64,000 nucleotides of DNA from Bacteroidota bacterium. GTDB taxonomy: Bacteria > Bacteroidota > Bacteroidia > SXHM01. Made by a program: the position numbers and the translations under genes. The notes beneath the pieces were generated by a model that saw only the letters and a list, made by a program, of their open reading frames with translations, searched no databases and was not told the origin of the DNA. The DNA lies in the NCBI GenBank assembly GCA_947478465.1, contig CANJWH010000010.1, positions 991 through 64,990 of the forward strand, in the 5' to 3' direction. Shown in pieces: positions 1 through 10,309 of the stretch (position 1 is its first letter; each line of letters begins with the position of its first letter).

Positions 1-875
1 GGAATTTGTTGCGAGTTTACTTCGTTGGTGTAGTAACCAATCATCTCGTAATTGGCAACGCCTTCAATTACCTCCCAACTTGGAATTTGACTTTGTGTAT
101 AAACCAGACTGCCGTAAGTGCCCGCTACACCAACGCTTTCCTCAAAATCAAAACCGATGAACTTAATAGTTTTTTCAAAATTATAAGGAGCTAAAACCCG
201 CAAAGCTTGTAAGAAGCCAACTACACCTGAGCCATTGTCGTCTGCACCGGGTGCATCGCTCACTGTATCAAAATGTGCATCCACTATAAAGGTATTAGCC
301 TCACTTCCTAATCCTGCTTTTTTTCCGATGATGTTTTGTCCGGTATAACCTGCGCGTTGAAAATCCTGTCGGTAAACATTTAGTCCTGCATCTTGAAACC
401 TTTGTTCAATGGTGTCTTTCACTGCTTCCAGATGTGTTGGGTTAGCAGAATAATGACGTATACCCGAAGCAACAAATTCTAAATCGTTACGCAAAAGCAC
501 ACTGTCTACCTGGTCAACAATGTCCTGTATATTTGGAACTTGTCGGTCATCAGCGATTAGTCGGATAGAATAATTAGTCACGTTGCTGATGGTATCGTAA
601 TTCCAGATAATGTGTTTTCCTGTTCCGGGAACAATTGGAAAACCAACATCGCCAGTTACTGTTCCGCTTGAAACAACATAGTTTTCACCGTCAGCAGAAA
701 ATGCAATTTTGATGTCAACGTTATCATTTTCGTTATCAGCAACATCGTAGTCAATCAATACTTGCCCTGTGTTCCAGGGCGCAACAACCGAAACGTTTGA
801 AATAACCGGAACCTGATTTTGAGCAAGTGCAGCAGCAGAATAACAAATGAGAACGAGAGTAGAGTTTAATTTCAT
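1..875 (-). CDS. Secreted M28-family metallopeptidase (partial; runs off the window start)
   Basis: Not in the ORF track; translated manually from ATG at 875: signal peptide MKLNSTLVLICYSAAALAQ, then M28 motifs IVDAHFDTV, PGADDNGSG, FDFEE, NYEMIGY. The stop codon lies outside the window. Confidence 0.85.
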   Translation of the reverse strand, partial: MKLNSTLVLICYSAAALAQNQVPVISNVSVVAPWNTGQVLIDYDVADNENDNVDIKIAFSADGENYVVSSGTVTGDVGFPIVPGTGKHIIWNYDTISNVTNYSIRLIADDRQVPNIQDIVDQVDSVLLRNDLEFVASGIRHYSANPTHLEAVKDTIEQRFQDAGLNVYRQDFQRAGYTGQNIIGKKAGLGSEANTFIVDAHFDTVSDAPGADDNGSGVVGFLQALRVLAPYNFEKTIKFIGFDFEESVGVAGTYGSLVYTQSQIPSWEVIEGVANYEMIGYYTNEVNSQQI

Positions 876-957
876 ACTTAAATATATTGGTAAAACTGAA
901 AGGTAAATGTATAGAAACAAATCAAAATCATAAACTCTACCCATTCAGTAGATTTTA

Positions 958-965
958 TATTTTTG
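958..965 (+). promoter_or_regulatory. Bacteroidota primary-sigma -7 element (TATTTTTG) for cysCDN
   Basis: Matches TAnnTTTG just upstream of ATG 974. Similar boxes at 6979-6986, 11841-11848, 28289-28296, 29291-29298, 36413-36420 and 52863-52870. Confidence 0.55.
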
Positions 966-973
966 CAGCCCCG

Positions 974-1540
974 ATGAAATACATCAGTAAAAGAGAACGC
1001 AATAAATTAAAAGGCCACAAAGGACTTGCCGTGTGGCTTACCGGACTTTCGGGTGCCGGAAAATCAACTATTGCCGTTGAGCTGGAGCAACAACTTTTTG
1101 CAAAAAATATTCACACCTATACATTAGACGGAGATATTTTAAGAACCGGTTTGAATAAAGATTTATCCTTTACCGAAGAAGCCCGCAAAGAAAATATCCG
1201 CAGAACAGGTGAGGTTGCCAAACTGTTTGTTGATTCGGGAGCAGTTGTTATAGCTGCTTTTATTTCTCCTTTTGCAAGTGACAGAAACATTGTGCGCGAA
1301 TTGCTGGGCGAAGAATTTGTGGAGGTATTTGTAAATTGTCCTTTAGAAGTTTGCGAAGAACGTGATGTAAAAGGCTTGTATAAAAAAGCGCGCAAAGGCG
1401 AACTAAAAAATTTCACGGGAATTGACTCGCCTTACGAAACACCTGTTAATCCTGAATTAACATTGAATACACATTTACAGAGTTTAGAAATCTGTGTAAA
1501 TGAAATTCTTGAACACATTTTGCCAAAGATTGAATTATAG
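974..1540 (+). CDS. cysC: Adenylyl-sulfate (APS) kinase
   Basis: WLTGLSGAGKST P-loop, LDGD, ISPF, RDVKGLYKKAR, FTGIDSPYE. Start moved from 887 to ATG 974, downstream of the -7 box. Confidence 0.95.
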   Translation: MKYISKRERNKLKGHKGLAVWLTGLSGAGKSTIAVELEQQLFAKNIHTYTLDGDILRTGLNKDLSFTEEARKENIRRTGEVAKLFVDSGAVVIAAFISPFASDRNIVRELLGEEFVEVFVNCPLEVCEERDVKGLYKKARKGELKNFTGIDSPYETPVNPELTLNTHLQSLEICVNEILEHILPKIEL

Positions 1541-1542
1541 AA

Positions 1543-2448
1543 ATGAATTCGTATAAACTTTCACACTTAAAAGAATTAGAATCCGAATCCATTTTTGTGA
1601 TTCGTGAAGTGGCTGCACAGTTTGAAAAACCGGCACTGCTTTTTTCGGGAGGCAAGGACAGTATTGTTTGCTTTCATCTGGCACGCAAAGCATTTTTTCC
1701 AGCTAACATTCCGTTTCCTTTAGTACATGTTGATACCGGACACAACTTTGAGGAGACACTTATTTACCGTGACAATCTTGCAAAAAAATACGGAGCACAA
1801 TTGCTCATTGGTTCGGTTCAGGAAAGTATTGACAGCGGAAGAGTGACAGAAGAAAAAGGCTACAATGCAAGTCGCAATGTTTTGCAAACGGTTACGCTGC
1901 TCGACACAATTGAAAAATATAAATTCGATGCCTGCATAGGCGGAGCGCGCAGAGACGAAGAAAAAGCAAGAGCCAAAGAGCGTTTCTTTTCACACCGCGA
2001 TGAGTTCGGTCAGTGGGACCCGAAAAATCAAAGACCGGAACTCTGGAATATTTTCAACGGAAGAAAAAATGTTGGCGAACACTTTCGTGTATTTCCAATC
2101 AGCAACTGGACTGAGATGGATGTGTGGCAATACATTCTGCACGAAAATATTGAAATGCCTTCCTTGTATTTCACACACGAACGGGAATGTTTTGTTAGAG
2201 ACGGAGTAATTTATGCGCATGCAAATGTTATTCCGTTAAAGCCAACAGAAAAAGTAGAAAAAATGCAGGTGCGTTTTCGCACCATTGGTGATATCAGTTG
2301 CACAGGTGCAGTGTTATCCACCGCAAATTCAGTAGAAGAGATTGTTGCTGAAGTTGCTGCAACCAGAGTAACAGAAAGAGGCAGCAGAATAGATGACAGA
2401 CGAAGTGAAGCAGCAATGGAAGACCGCAAAAAATCAGGATATTTTTAA
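1543..2448 (+). CDS. cysD: Sulfate adenylyltransferase subunit 2
   Basis: LFSGGKDS, GGARRDEEKARAKER, WDPKNQRPELW, RVFPISNWTE, MEDRKKSGYF. Confidence 0.97.
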   Translation: MNSYKLSHLKELESESIFVIREVAAQFEKPALLFSGGKDSIVCFHLARKAFFPANIPFPLVHVDTGHNFEETLIYRDNLAKKYGAQLLIGSVQESIDSGRVTEEKGYNASRNVLQTVTLLDTIEKYKFDACIGGARRDEEKARAKERFFSHRDEFGQWDPKNQRPELWNIFNGRKNVGEHFRVFPISNWTEMDVWQYILHENIEMPSLYFTHERECFVRDGVIYAHANVIPLKPTEKVEKMQVRFRTIGDISCTGAVLSTANSVEEIVAEVAATRVTERGSRIDDRRSEAAMEDRKKSGYF

Positions 2449-2449
2449 A

Positions 2450-3715
2450 ATGGATACACAGGGATATTTGGATATGGAGTTGTTGCGTTTTACAACCGCA
2501 GGTTCAGTTGATGATGGCAAAAGCACACTCATCGGAAGATTATTATATGATTCGAAATCAATTTTTGAAGACCAGTTAGATGCTGTAAAAGCAAGCAGCG
2601 AAAAAAAAGGATTGCAGCATGTTGATCTTTCACTTTTAACAGATGGCTTGCGAGCCGAGCGTGAACAGGGAATAACTATAGATGTTGCGTATCGCTACTT
2701 TGCAACACCTAAACGCAAATTCATTATTGCCGATACGCCCGGACATATTCAGTACACGCGCAATATGATTACAGGCGCATCAACTGCCAACCTTGCGCTG
2801 ATTTTAATTGATGCACGGAAAGGTGTGATTGAGCAAACCTGTCGCCATTCATTCATAGCATCGTTGCTAAAAATTCCACATTTGATTGTATGTGTAAACA
2901 AAATGGATTTAGTGGATTATAGTGAAGAAGTTTACAACCGCATTGTTGATGAATACAAAAAATTTGCTGCGCATCTCGATGTTAAGGATATTGAGTTTGT
3001 ACCAATCTCTGCGTTGCATGGCGATAATGTAGTTGACCGTTCCACTAACATGGATTGGTTCAAAGGTTCACCACTTTTAAATACGCTGGAAAATGTACAT
3101 ATCGGCAGTGACTGGAATCATGAAGATGCGCGGTTTCCGGTTCAATATGTTATTCGACCCCATACAGATGCGTTCCATGATTACCGCGGCTATGCCGGAA
3201 GAATTGCCGGAGGAGTTTTTAAACCGGGTGATGAAGTTGTTGCACTTCCTTCGGGCTTTACATCAAAAATAAAATCCATTGCAACGTTGGATGGAGATTT
3301 GTATGAGGCTTTCGCACCGATGTCAGTTTCTATTACGTTGGAAGATGAGATAGACATTAGTCGCGGTGATATGCTTGTAAAAAAAGGAAATCAACCTGAA
3401 AACACACAAGACGTGGATGCAATGTTATGCTGGCTCAATAATAAGTCGCCACAACCCGGTGCAAAATATTTTTTGAAACACACCAGCAATGATGCTCGTG
3501 CTGTTATCAAAGAAATAAATTACAAGGTTGACATCAACACACTTAATAAACAGGAAGAAGACAAGAGTGTGAAAATGAATGATATTTTCCATGCACGTTT
3601 ACGCACCACCAAGCCCTTATTCACAGACAGCTACAACCTTAACCGTATTACCGGAAGCCTTATTCTTATTGACGAAGGCACCAACGAAACAGTGGCCGCG
3701 GGAATGATTCAGTAA
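2450..3715 (+). CDS. cysN: Sulfate adenylyltransferase subunit 1 (GTPase)
   Basis: TAGSVDDGKSTLIGRLL, EREQGITIDVAYRYF, ADTPGH, NKMD. Start at ATG 2450, directly after the cysD stop. Confidence 0.96.
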   Translation: MDTQGYLDMELLRFTTAGSVDDGKSTLIGRLLYDSKSIFEDQLDAVKASSEKKGLQHVDLSLLTDGLRAEREQGITIDVAYRYFATPKRKFIIADTPGHIQYTRNMITGASTANLALILIDARKGVIEQTCRHSFIASLLKIPHLIVCVNKMDLVDYSEEVYNRIVDEYKKFAAHLDVKDIEFVPISALHGDNVVDRSTNMDWFKGSPLLNTLENVHIGSDWNHEDARFPVQYVIRPHTDAFHDYRGYAGRIAGGVFKPGDEVVALPSGFTSKIKSIATLDGDLYEAFAPMSVSITLEDEIDISRGDMLVKKGNQPENTQDVDAMLCWLNNKSPQPGAKYFLKHTSNDARAVIKEINYKVDINTLNKQEEDKSVKMNDIFHARLRTTKPLFTDSYNLNRITGSLILIDEGTNETVAAGMIQ

Positions 3716-4771
3716 TTACAGAGCAGGAGCTTTTTTGTATTCAGCAGGAACATCTCCTGTCAGCGATTTTAAAAATGCTTCAACCGAATTTATTTCTTCG
3801 GGGCTCATGCGATAAGCTAATTGAGCAACAGCCATAATCTGAATTGCTTTTTTAAGATCAACAACGCTGCCATCATGAAAATATGGATGGGTTTTTTCTA
3901 TGTTGCGAAGTGAAGGAACTTTGAACATATACTTATCATCTTGCTGTTTTGTAACTGCGGCCCTTCCTTCATCAATTTTTTTGCTTTCAGTCAGCGTCCA
4001 GTATTCACGGTGAACACCAAATTTCTGCATCATGCTTCCACCTAAAGTTACACCATTGTGACAGGTTGTACAACCTATTTTTATAAAATTATTTAGTCCT
4101 TTTTTTTCGTCCAGCGTTAGCGCAGTATTATCACCTGCAAGGTATTTATCAAAACGTGAAGGCGTTATCAACTTGCGCTCAAAAGCAGCAATTGCTTTAC
4201 GCATGTTTTCATAAGTAATTCCTTTTCCCGGAAAAGCTTCGTTGAATAGTTGCTTGTATTCAGGAACTGTGGAAAGACGTTTTACTAAAAATGTCTCATC
4301 AGGAATTTCCATTTCAACGGGATTTAATATAGGCATCCCTGCTTGTTCTTCGACATCTTTTGCACGGCTGTCCCAGAATTGTGTCGTATGCAATGCAGCA
4401 TTCAAAACAGTAGGTGAATTACGGTCGCCATTTTTTCCTGCATCACCCGGTGAGGTGGGTAAATTATCCACTCCAAAAGTTTCCAGATTGTGGCAGGAGT
4501 TGCAACTGATTTTTCCTTCTTTTGATAAACGCGTATCAAAATATAAAGCATGACCAAGCTTTACTTTTGCATCCGTAATCGGATTGTCAGGGTTTTCTGC
4601 AACTGCCGTTAATGCTGCAAAAGCAGATAATCTTGGTTTTATTTCCGCATCTATTTTTGCTTCTTCATTTTCTGTGCTTACTTCCTGTTTTTGTTCTGGT
4701 TGCGAAGAACAACTGTTTAGAAAAAGAGCGACAGAAATTGCTGCTGTAAAGTAAAGATTGAATTTGTTCAT
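3716..4771 (-). CDS. Di-heme cytochrome c peroxidase (lipoprotein)
   Basis: Two CxxCH motifs (CNSCH, CTTCH), RNSPTVLNA, QFWDSRA, FKVPSLRNI, PYFHDGS; lipobox LNSC. Confidence 0.92.
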   Translation of the reverse strand: MNKFNLYFTAAISVALFLNSCSSQPEQKQEVSTENEEAKIDAEIKPRLSAFAALTAVAENPDNPITDAKVKLGHALYFDTRLSKEGKISCNSCHNLETFGVDNLPTSPGDAGKNGDRNSPTVLNAALHTTQFWDSRAKDVEEQAGMPILNPVEMEIPDETFLVKRLSTVPEYKQLFNEAFPGKGITYENMRKAIAAFERKLITPSRFDKYLAGDNTALTLDEKKGLNNFIKIGCTTCHNGVTLGGSMMQKFGVHREYWTLTESKKIDEGRAAVTKQQDDKYMFKVPSLRNIEKTHPYFHDGSVVDLKKAIQIMAVAQLAYRMSPEEINSVEAFLKSLTGDVPAEYKKAPAL

Positions 4772-4820
4772 TGTTATAGGTTTTAAAATTTCAAAAATAG
4801 TATACGTATTGGTTAAACTG

Positions 4821-4836
4821 TGTAACCGATGTTACA
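4821..4836. promoter_or_regulatory. Palindrome TGTAAC-N4-GTTACA, candidate CRP/FNR-family operator
   Basis: Perfect 6-bp inverted repeat between the divergent peroxidase and OmpA genes; geometry TGTAA-N6-TTACA. Confidence 0.45.
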
Positions 4837-4894
4837 AAAACAACTAAAATAAATCTTTGTTCAAATTATCGGATATTTGGAACTTCTTTACAGC

Positions 4895-5995
4895 ATGAAA
4901 AATTTACACGTTTTTCTACTATTGTTTATTGCATCTGGCAATTTGTTTGCGCAGGAAAATCTGCTTTCCAACTCAGATTTTGAAAAACACAAAGCTTTGC
5001 CTACTGATATAGGGCAAGGAAAAAATTGTCTGTCAGATTGGATAAACCAGGTATTGGAGGGTGGTGGTGATTATTATCATGCCGATTCAAAGGGTACAAA
5101 ATCTAATACAAGCAGGAATTATTTTGGCAAACAAGAACCTCATTCGGGCAAAGCTTATGCAGGTATTTGTATCACCAGAAATTACCGCGAATACCTTCAA
5201 ACTCAATTAAGAAAACCGCTCGAAAAAGGGAAAAAATATAAAGTGGAATTGTACATCAGTCGTGGTGATGCAAAGTGGTTGGGTTCAATGAAAGGTTTCT
5301 GTATCATTTTTTCTTCTGATACTTTCAGACTTGAGAAATACGGACCTCTAATCTCAAAACCGTCTATGGTTTTCAGAAATGAAGCCGGATACAATAACTC
5401 AGAAGAATGGGTGCAGTTAAGTCAGATTTATGAGGCAGATGGTACAGAAAGGTATCTTACATTCGGTTGCTTTGTTTATCGCGAAAAAACAGAATTCGCA
5501 ATTATGAATTACAATGTTGAAATTCCCGGAAAAAGAAATTACGCCCACTATTTTATTGATGATTTTACTTTAATTCCTTTGGATGAAAAAATAATTCCGG
5601 TTGAAGTTGTTGAACAAAAACCTTCTGAAATTGAAGCACAGAAAATGTATGAAACAGGCAAAGCCCACATTTTTAAAAATATTGTTTTTGAATCGGGGAA
5701 AGCAGATTTGCTGCCTTCATCGTTTAATGAGTTAAACGAACTTGCAGATTATCTAATTAACAATCCAGCTGTGAGAGCAAATATTATTGGACATACCGAT
5801 AATATTGGGAAGAAAGAAGATAACCTTGCGCTTTCAAAAAACCGGGCCCAAACAGTTATAAATTTTCTTAAAGAAAAAAACATCAGCGCATCAAGGCTTT
5901 CTTTTGACGGGAAGGGTGACATGGAGCCAATTTCTAAAAACGAGACTGAAGAAGGCAGACAAATTAACAGAAGGGTTGAAGTAGTGTTTCAATAA
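4895..5995 (+). CDS. OmpA-family protein with N-terminal beta-sandwich domain
   Basis: Signal peptide; C-terminal OmpA domain (IVFESGKADL, GHTDNIG, LSKNRA, GRQINRRVE). Confidence 0.88.
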   Translation: MKNLHVFLLLFIASGNLFAQENLLSNSDFEKHKALPTDIGQGKNCLSDWINQVLEGGGDYYHADSKGTKSNTSRNYFGKQEPHSGKAYAGICITRNYREYLQTQLRKPLEKGKKYKVELYISRGDAKWLGSMKGFCIIFSSDTFRLEKYGPLISKPSMVFRNEAGYNNSEEWVQLSQIYEADGTERYLTFGCFVYREKTEFAIMNYNVEIPGKRNYAHYFIDDFTLIPLDEKIIPVEVVEQKPSEIEAQKMYETGKAHIFKNIVFESGKADLLPSSFNELNELADYLINNPAVRANIIGHTDNIGKKEDNLALSKNRAQTVINFLKEKNISASRLSFDGKGDMEPISKNETEEGRQINRRVEVVFQ

Positions 5996-6045
5996 GTTAG
6001 TCCTGCTATTCATTTAATTTCTAATTTCGCGCAAAATATAAACAC

Positions 6046-6918
6046 ATGAAACAGACTCTTCGAATCCTAACCATTCTGATTCTTACTGCAAGCGTAACTT
6101 CCTGCGTAAGCAAAAAGAAATTCCTTGAATTACAATCTAAAAAAGAAAGTGAACTTAAAAACGCCAACGAATTATTAATGAAGTGCGAAGATGAACGCAA
6201 CCGTTATTCAACTGACCTTATTGAAGCTCGCACTTCGCTTAAATATTTGACTGAACAACTTACAGATTGTAAACAACAACGAGACAAACAAGTTACACAG
6301 GTTGGTGATTTAACTGTTCTCTCACAGGCAGCAAATCAGAACATTAATAAAACGCTGGAACAGCTGGAGAAAAAAGATAAATACATTCAACTCTTGCAGG
6401 CTGCAAAAACAAAAGCCGATTCAATTAATCTTGCTTTAGCTGTTAACCTGAAAGGAGTTTTGAAAGAAGGTTTGGATGACAACGATGTTGAAATAAAAGT
6501 GGACAAAACAGTTGTTTTCATTAATCTTTCAGATAAAATGCTTTATCAAAGCGGAAGCGCAAATCTTACTTCGCGTGCAAAAGAAGTGCTTGGTAAAATA
6601 GCGGCTATAGTTAGTTCAAGAACCGAAATGGAGGTGATGGTAGAAGGTTATACTGACAGTGTGCCAATTAAAAACGATTGTACTGCCGACAATTGGGATT
6701 TAAGCGTAAAACGCGCAACAGCAGTAGTTCGTGTATTGCAAAACGATTATAAAATTGATCCGAATCGTCTTATTGCAGCCGGTCGCGGGCAGTTCAATGC
6801 ACTTGCAGCTAATGATACTGAAGAAGGACGTGCTACCAATCGCAGAACACGCATCATCATTTTACCGAAACTTGATCAGTTTTATGATTTGCTGAACCCT
6901 GCAAAAGCAGCGGAATAA
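6046..6918 (+). CDS. OmpA/MotB-family lipoprotein with coiled coil
   Basis: Lipobox VTSC, coiled coil, VEGYTD, NWDLSVKRA, NRRTRIII. Confidence 0.88.
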   Translation: MKQTLRILTILILTASVTSCVSKKKFLELQSKKESELKNANELLMKCEDERNRYSTDLIEARTSLKYLTEQLTDCKQQRDKQVTQVGDLTVLSQAANQNINKTLEQLEKKDKYIQLLQAAKTKADSINLALAVNLKGVLKEGLDDNDVEIKVDKTVVFINLSDKMLYQSGSANLTSRAKEVLGKIAAIVSSRTEMEVMVEGYTDSVPIKNDCTADNWDLSVKRATAVVRVLQNDYKIDPNRLIAAGRGQFNALAANDTEEGRATNRRTRIIILPKLDQFYDLLNPAKAAE

Positions 6919-7012
6919 AAGAACTCAGGTGCTTTGGGCAGGAGTTCAAAAATAATTCCCGCCCAAACACCATTTTTTTATCTTTGCCGCCAACCAACGG
7001 AATTCTAACCAG

Positions 7013-8308
7013 ATGAATATAATGGCAGCCACCACCACCCGCGAATTAATCGTATCCGAAGTAGCAGAGAACCTAATTGCCAGCGAGATTATAAAAATCG
7101 CCAACGAGGTAAACGAGAAGATTAAGAACGGTGAGAAAATATATAACCTCACTATCGGAGATTTTAACTCCAATATTTTCCCAATCCCTGATGGATTGAA
7201 AGCTGAAATAATAAAAGCTTACGAAAATAATCAGACCAATTATCCGGCAGCCAATGGAATTCCTGAACTGCGCAAATCGGTTTCAAAATATCTGAAACGC
7301 AAAGGGCATTTGGATTATTCTGAAAATCAAATTCTGATTTCTGCTGGAGCTCGTCCATTGATTTATGCGACTTTCACAGCTCTTTTAGACCCGGGTGATA
7401 CAGTAATTTATCCTGTTCCAAGTTGGAATAATAACCACTACACACATCTTTCTTCTTGCAAAAAAGTAGAGATAGAAACCACTGCCGAAAACAAATTCAT
7501 GCCTTCAGCCGCAGATTTAAAACCTCATTTAGCTGATGCCACAGTAGTTGCTCTTTGCTCACCGCTAAACCCAACTGGAACCATGTTCAGCAAAGAAGGG
7601 TTGGAACAAATCTGTGATTTAATTCTGGAAGAAAATGCAAAGCGTGAAGAAGGCAGAAAACCACTTTATCTCATGTATGACCAGATATACTGGGCATTAA
7701 CCATGACCGGTAATAAGCATTATGATCCGGTTAGTTTGCGCCCTGAGATGCGTAACTACACCATTTACATTGATGGAATTTCAAAAGCATTTGCATCAAC
7801 AGGTGTTCGCGTGGGTTGGGCGTTTGGGCCGCAAAAAATAATTGACAAAATGCGCGCATTGCTTTCACACGTTGGTGCCTGGTCGCCAAAAGCAGAACAG
7901 GTTGCAACCTCAGTTTTTCTGGAAAAAGAAAACGAAGTAGATGAATACCTGACCTGGATAAATAAAAATGTTTCTGAACGTTTAGCCGGTTTTTACAACG
8001 GTTTTCAGACATTGAAGAACGAAGGATTTGCAGTAGATTCAATTGCTCCGCAGGGCGCCATGTATCTTACTGTTCAGTTTGCGTTGCATGGCTACAGAAC
8101 TGAAACAGGAAAAACACTTGCTACTACACAAGATATCACCAGCTATTTATTAGATGAGGCTAAAACAGCATTAGTGCCTTTCTATGCTTTTGGCACTTCA
8201 TCAGAATCAAATTGGTATCGCCTTTCCATAGGCACTGTAAAAACCGAGGATATTGAAAAAGTAATTGCACAAATGCGCACTGCGCTTTCTAAATTGAAAA
8301 AAGGGTAA
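7013..8308 (+). CDS. PLP-dependent aminotransferase class I/II (aspartate aminotransferase-like)
   Basis: NLTIGD, SPLNPTG, YDQIY, DGISKAFASTGVRVGW. Start could be 7013 or 7022. Confidence 0.9.
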   Translation: MNIMAATTTRELIVSEVAENLIASEIIKIANEVNEKIKNGEKIYNLTIGDFNSNIFPIPDGLKAEIIKAYENNQTNYPAANGIPELRKSVSKYLKRKGHLDYSENQILISAGARPLIYATFTALLDPGDTVIYPVPSWNNNHYTHLSSCKKVEIETTAENKFMPSAADLKPHLADATVVALCSPLNPTGTMFSKEGLEQICDLILEENAKREEGRKPLYLMYDQIYWALTMTGNKHYDPVSLRPEMRNYTIYIDGISKAFASTGVRVGWAFGPQKIIDKMRALLSHVGAWSPKAEQVATSVFLEKENEVDEYLTWINKNVSERLAGFYNGFQTLKNEGFAVDSIAPQGAMYLTVQFALHGYRTETGKTLATTQDITSYLLDEAKTALVPFYAFGTSSESNWYRLSIGTVKTEDIEKVIAQMRTALSKLKKG

Positions 8309-8312
8309 ACAG

Positions 8313-8341
8313 TGTAGAGACCGGACGCGAACGTCTTTACA
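8313..8341. repeat. Single GTAG-type REP-like hairpin
   Basis: TGTAGAGAC-N11-GTCTTTACA imperfect inverted repeat 4 bp after a stop codon. Confidence 0.45.
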
Positions 8342-8344
8342 AGA

Positions 8345-9439
8345 ATGGGAATGAAAAATAATTACGTTGTAATAATGGCAGGCGGGGTAGGAACAAGGTT
8401 CTGGCCTATGAGCCGCACTCCGCACCCAAAGCAATTTCTGGATGTGTTGGGAACAGGTAAAACACTAATACAACAGACCTACGATCGTTTTCAAAAAGTT
8501 TGTCCGCCAGAAAATATTTTTGTGGTAACCAATGAAAGTTACCGTGAACTGGTAAAGGAGCAACTACCTGCTCTTACCAGCGAACAAATCATTTGCGAAC
8601 CAAGTCGCAAGAATACTGCTCCCTGTGTAGCTTATGCTGCTTTTCGCCTCAGCTCTATAAACCCTGATGCGAATATGGTGGTGGCCCCTTCAGACCATCT
8701 TATTCTTAATACCGAAGGTTTTGTGAGTGTTATCAATAAAGCACTGGAAACAACGGCAAAGTATAATGTGTTATGTACGCTTGGAATAAAACCTTCGCGC
8801 CCTGATACCGGTTACGGATACATTCAGTTTAACGAACAGGAATTTTTAAACGGAAGTGGCGAGGTAAGAAAAGTAAAAACTTTTACCGAAAAGCCTGACC
8901 TTGATATGGCAAAGCAATTTCTTGCCAGCGGTGATTTTTTATGGAATTCAGGAATTTTTATCTGGTCTGCAAAAAGTATTCTTAGCGCTTTCCGTGACCA
9001 TTCCAGTGAGATGTTTCAGGTTTTTGGCGAAGGAAAAACACTTTACGGAACACCTGGCGAAGAAGCATTTATTAAAAAAGCATATACCGTTTGCAAAAAT
9101 ATTTCCATTGACTATGCCGTAATGGAAAAAGCAAAAAACGTTTACGTTCTGTCTGCAGACATCGGCTGGAGCGACCTCGGGACATGGGGTTCACTCTATG
9201 AATATGCTGATAAAAATTCAGACGGAAATACCATCATCGGAAAAAATGTGGTGGTTTACGATACCAAAAACTGTATTGTTAATGTTCCTAAAGAAAAGTT
9301 AGTTGTATTAGAAGGACTGGAAGACTATATAGTAGTTGAGTCTGACGGAATACTATTGATTTGCCGTAAAACAGAAGAGCAGAAAATCAAGTTGATTGTA
9401 AATGATGTTACAATCTCTAAAGGCGAAAAGTTCGTTTAA
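8345..9439 (+). CDS. manC: Mannose-1-phosphate guanylyltransferase
   Basis: MAGGVGTRFWPMSR, PKQF, EPSRKNTAP, PSDH, PDTGYGYI, FTEKP, WNSGIF, SIDYAVMEK, GWSDLGTW. Confidence 0.93.
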   Translation: MGMKNNYVVIMAGGVGTRFWPMSRTPHPKQFLDVLGTGKTLIQQTYDRFQKVCPPENIFVVTNESYRELVKEQLPALTSEQIICEPSRKNTAPCVAYAAFRLSSINPDANMVVAPSDHLILNTEGFVSVINKALETTAKYNVLCTLGIKPSRPDTGYGYIQFNEQEFLNGSGEVRKVKTFTEKPDLDMAKQFLASGDFLWNSGIFIWSAKSILSAFRDHSSEMFQVFGEGKTLYGTPGEEAFIKKAYTVCKNISIDYAVMEKAKNVYVLSADIGWSDLGTWGSLYEYADKNSDGNTIIGKNVVVYDTKNCIVNVPKEKLVVLEGLEDYIVVESDGILLICRKTEEQKIKLIVNDVTISKGEKFV

Positions 9440-9444
9440 TTTCT

Positions 9445-9504
9445 CGTTACCCTGAACTTGCTTCAGGGCCTATTCTGAGATGCTGAAACAAGTTCAGCAT
9501 GACG
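9445..9504. repeat. REP doublet, copy 1 (consensus CGTCACCCTGAACTTGTTTCAGGG...GATGCTGAAACAAGTTCAGCATGACG)
   Basis: Two inverted hairpin units; near-identical copies at 22249, 33727 and 39844. Confidence 0.85.
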
Positions 9505-9509
9505 TAATG

Positions 9510-10259
9510 TTAGTTTGTAAACTTCTTATACTGATCATCCACCGCCTTATCTACAGGCAGCAAAATTTTCCCGAACATAATTATTGCTTTTGCTGAGTCG
9601 GCATAGCTTTGGTCTTTTAACAGGTTTGAATAATTTACAAACGCATCAGAAAGTGACGCTTCAATAAGTTTTGGGGCTCTGTAAGTTCCTTCCTGTGCGC
9701 TTTTTTCTAGCTGAGGCATTGCATCGTTCAGGCTTTTGTAGGCTTCGCTGCCGTTGCGCATAAGTGCATCACACACACCTTTTACAAACAAAAGCTCAAA
9801 ATTATCGGGGTCAAGTTTTACCAATGGTTTGTAGTAATAAGATGATGCTTTGCTGTAGTCTTTTTTATCAACCAATGCTTTTGCTTCTTCCAGACAAGTC
9901 TGGCGAAGTTTGTCTAAGTACTCGCTGTTGTCTTTGTAGAAATTTAATTCTTTGTCATAGGTTTTCATTTTCACTGCATACTTCAGTGCATCTTTTAAAG
10001 CTGATTTGTAATACTCTTTTATTTTGGCGTCTTCAGAGAAATGGAACTCATAATAACACATGCTGATGTAGAGATAAGGCTCGGGATTTTTTGCATATTT
10101 CTCGCTTTCAGTATAGGTCTCGGCTTTATAGGCGCAGTCTTCAAACTTTCCTTTATCATAAAGTTCTTCAAGTTTAATCAATTCCCCACCGATTACTTGT
10201 GCTGATAATTTAGAAGTAATAAGTATGATGCAGGATGCAATTGTAAAAATGTATTTCAT
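9510..10259 (-). CDS. Exported helical (TPR-like) hypothetical protein
   Basis: Signal peptide and alpha-helical repeat character; no specific motif recognised. Confidence 0.7.
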   Translation of the reverse strand: MKYIFTIASCIILITSKLSAQVIGGELIKLEELYDKGKFEDCAYKAETYTESEKYAKNPEPYLYISMCYYEFHFSEDAKIKEYYKSALKDALKYAVKMKTYDKELNFYKDNSEYLDKLRQTCLEEAKALVDKKDYSKASSYYYKPLVKLDPDNFELLFVKGVCDALMRNGSEAYKSLNDAMPQLEKSAQEGTYRAPKLIEASLSDAFVNYSNLLKDQSYADSAKAIIMFGKILLPVDKAVDDQYKKFTN

Positions 10260-10309
10260 TATTTATTTTTTGTGAAGCGCAAAAATAGTTTTTTACTTTT
10301 ATCGCACCG

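Noticed and set aside
6..194. 62-aa + strand ORF
   Set aside because: Antisense to the partial M28 peptidase on the - strand.
974..3715. cysCDN without reductase genes as unusual
   Set aside because: Stand-alone APS/PAPS synthesis clusters are common in this phylum.
6046..6918. MotB-like protein as a flagellar stator
   Set aside because: It is a lipoprotein with no motA neighbour; the domain is the generic OmpA-type peptidoglycan-binding fold.
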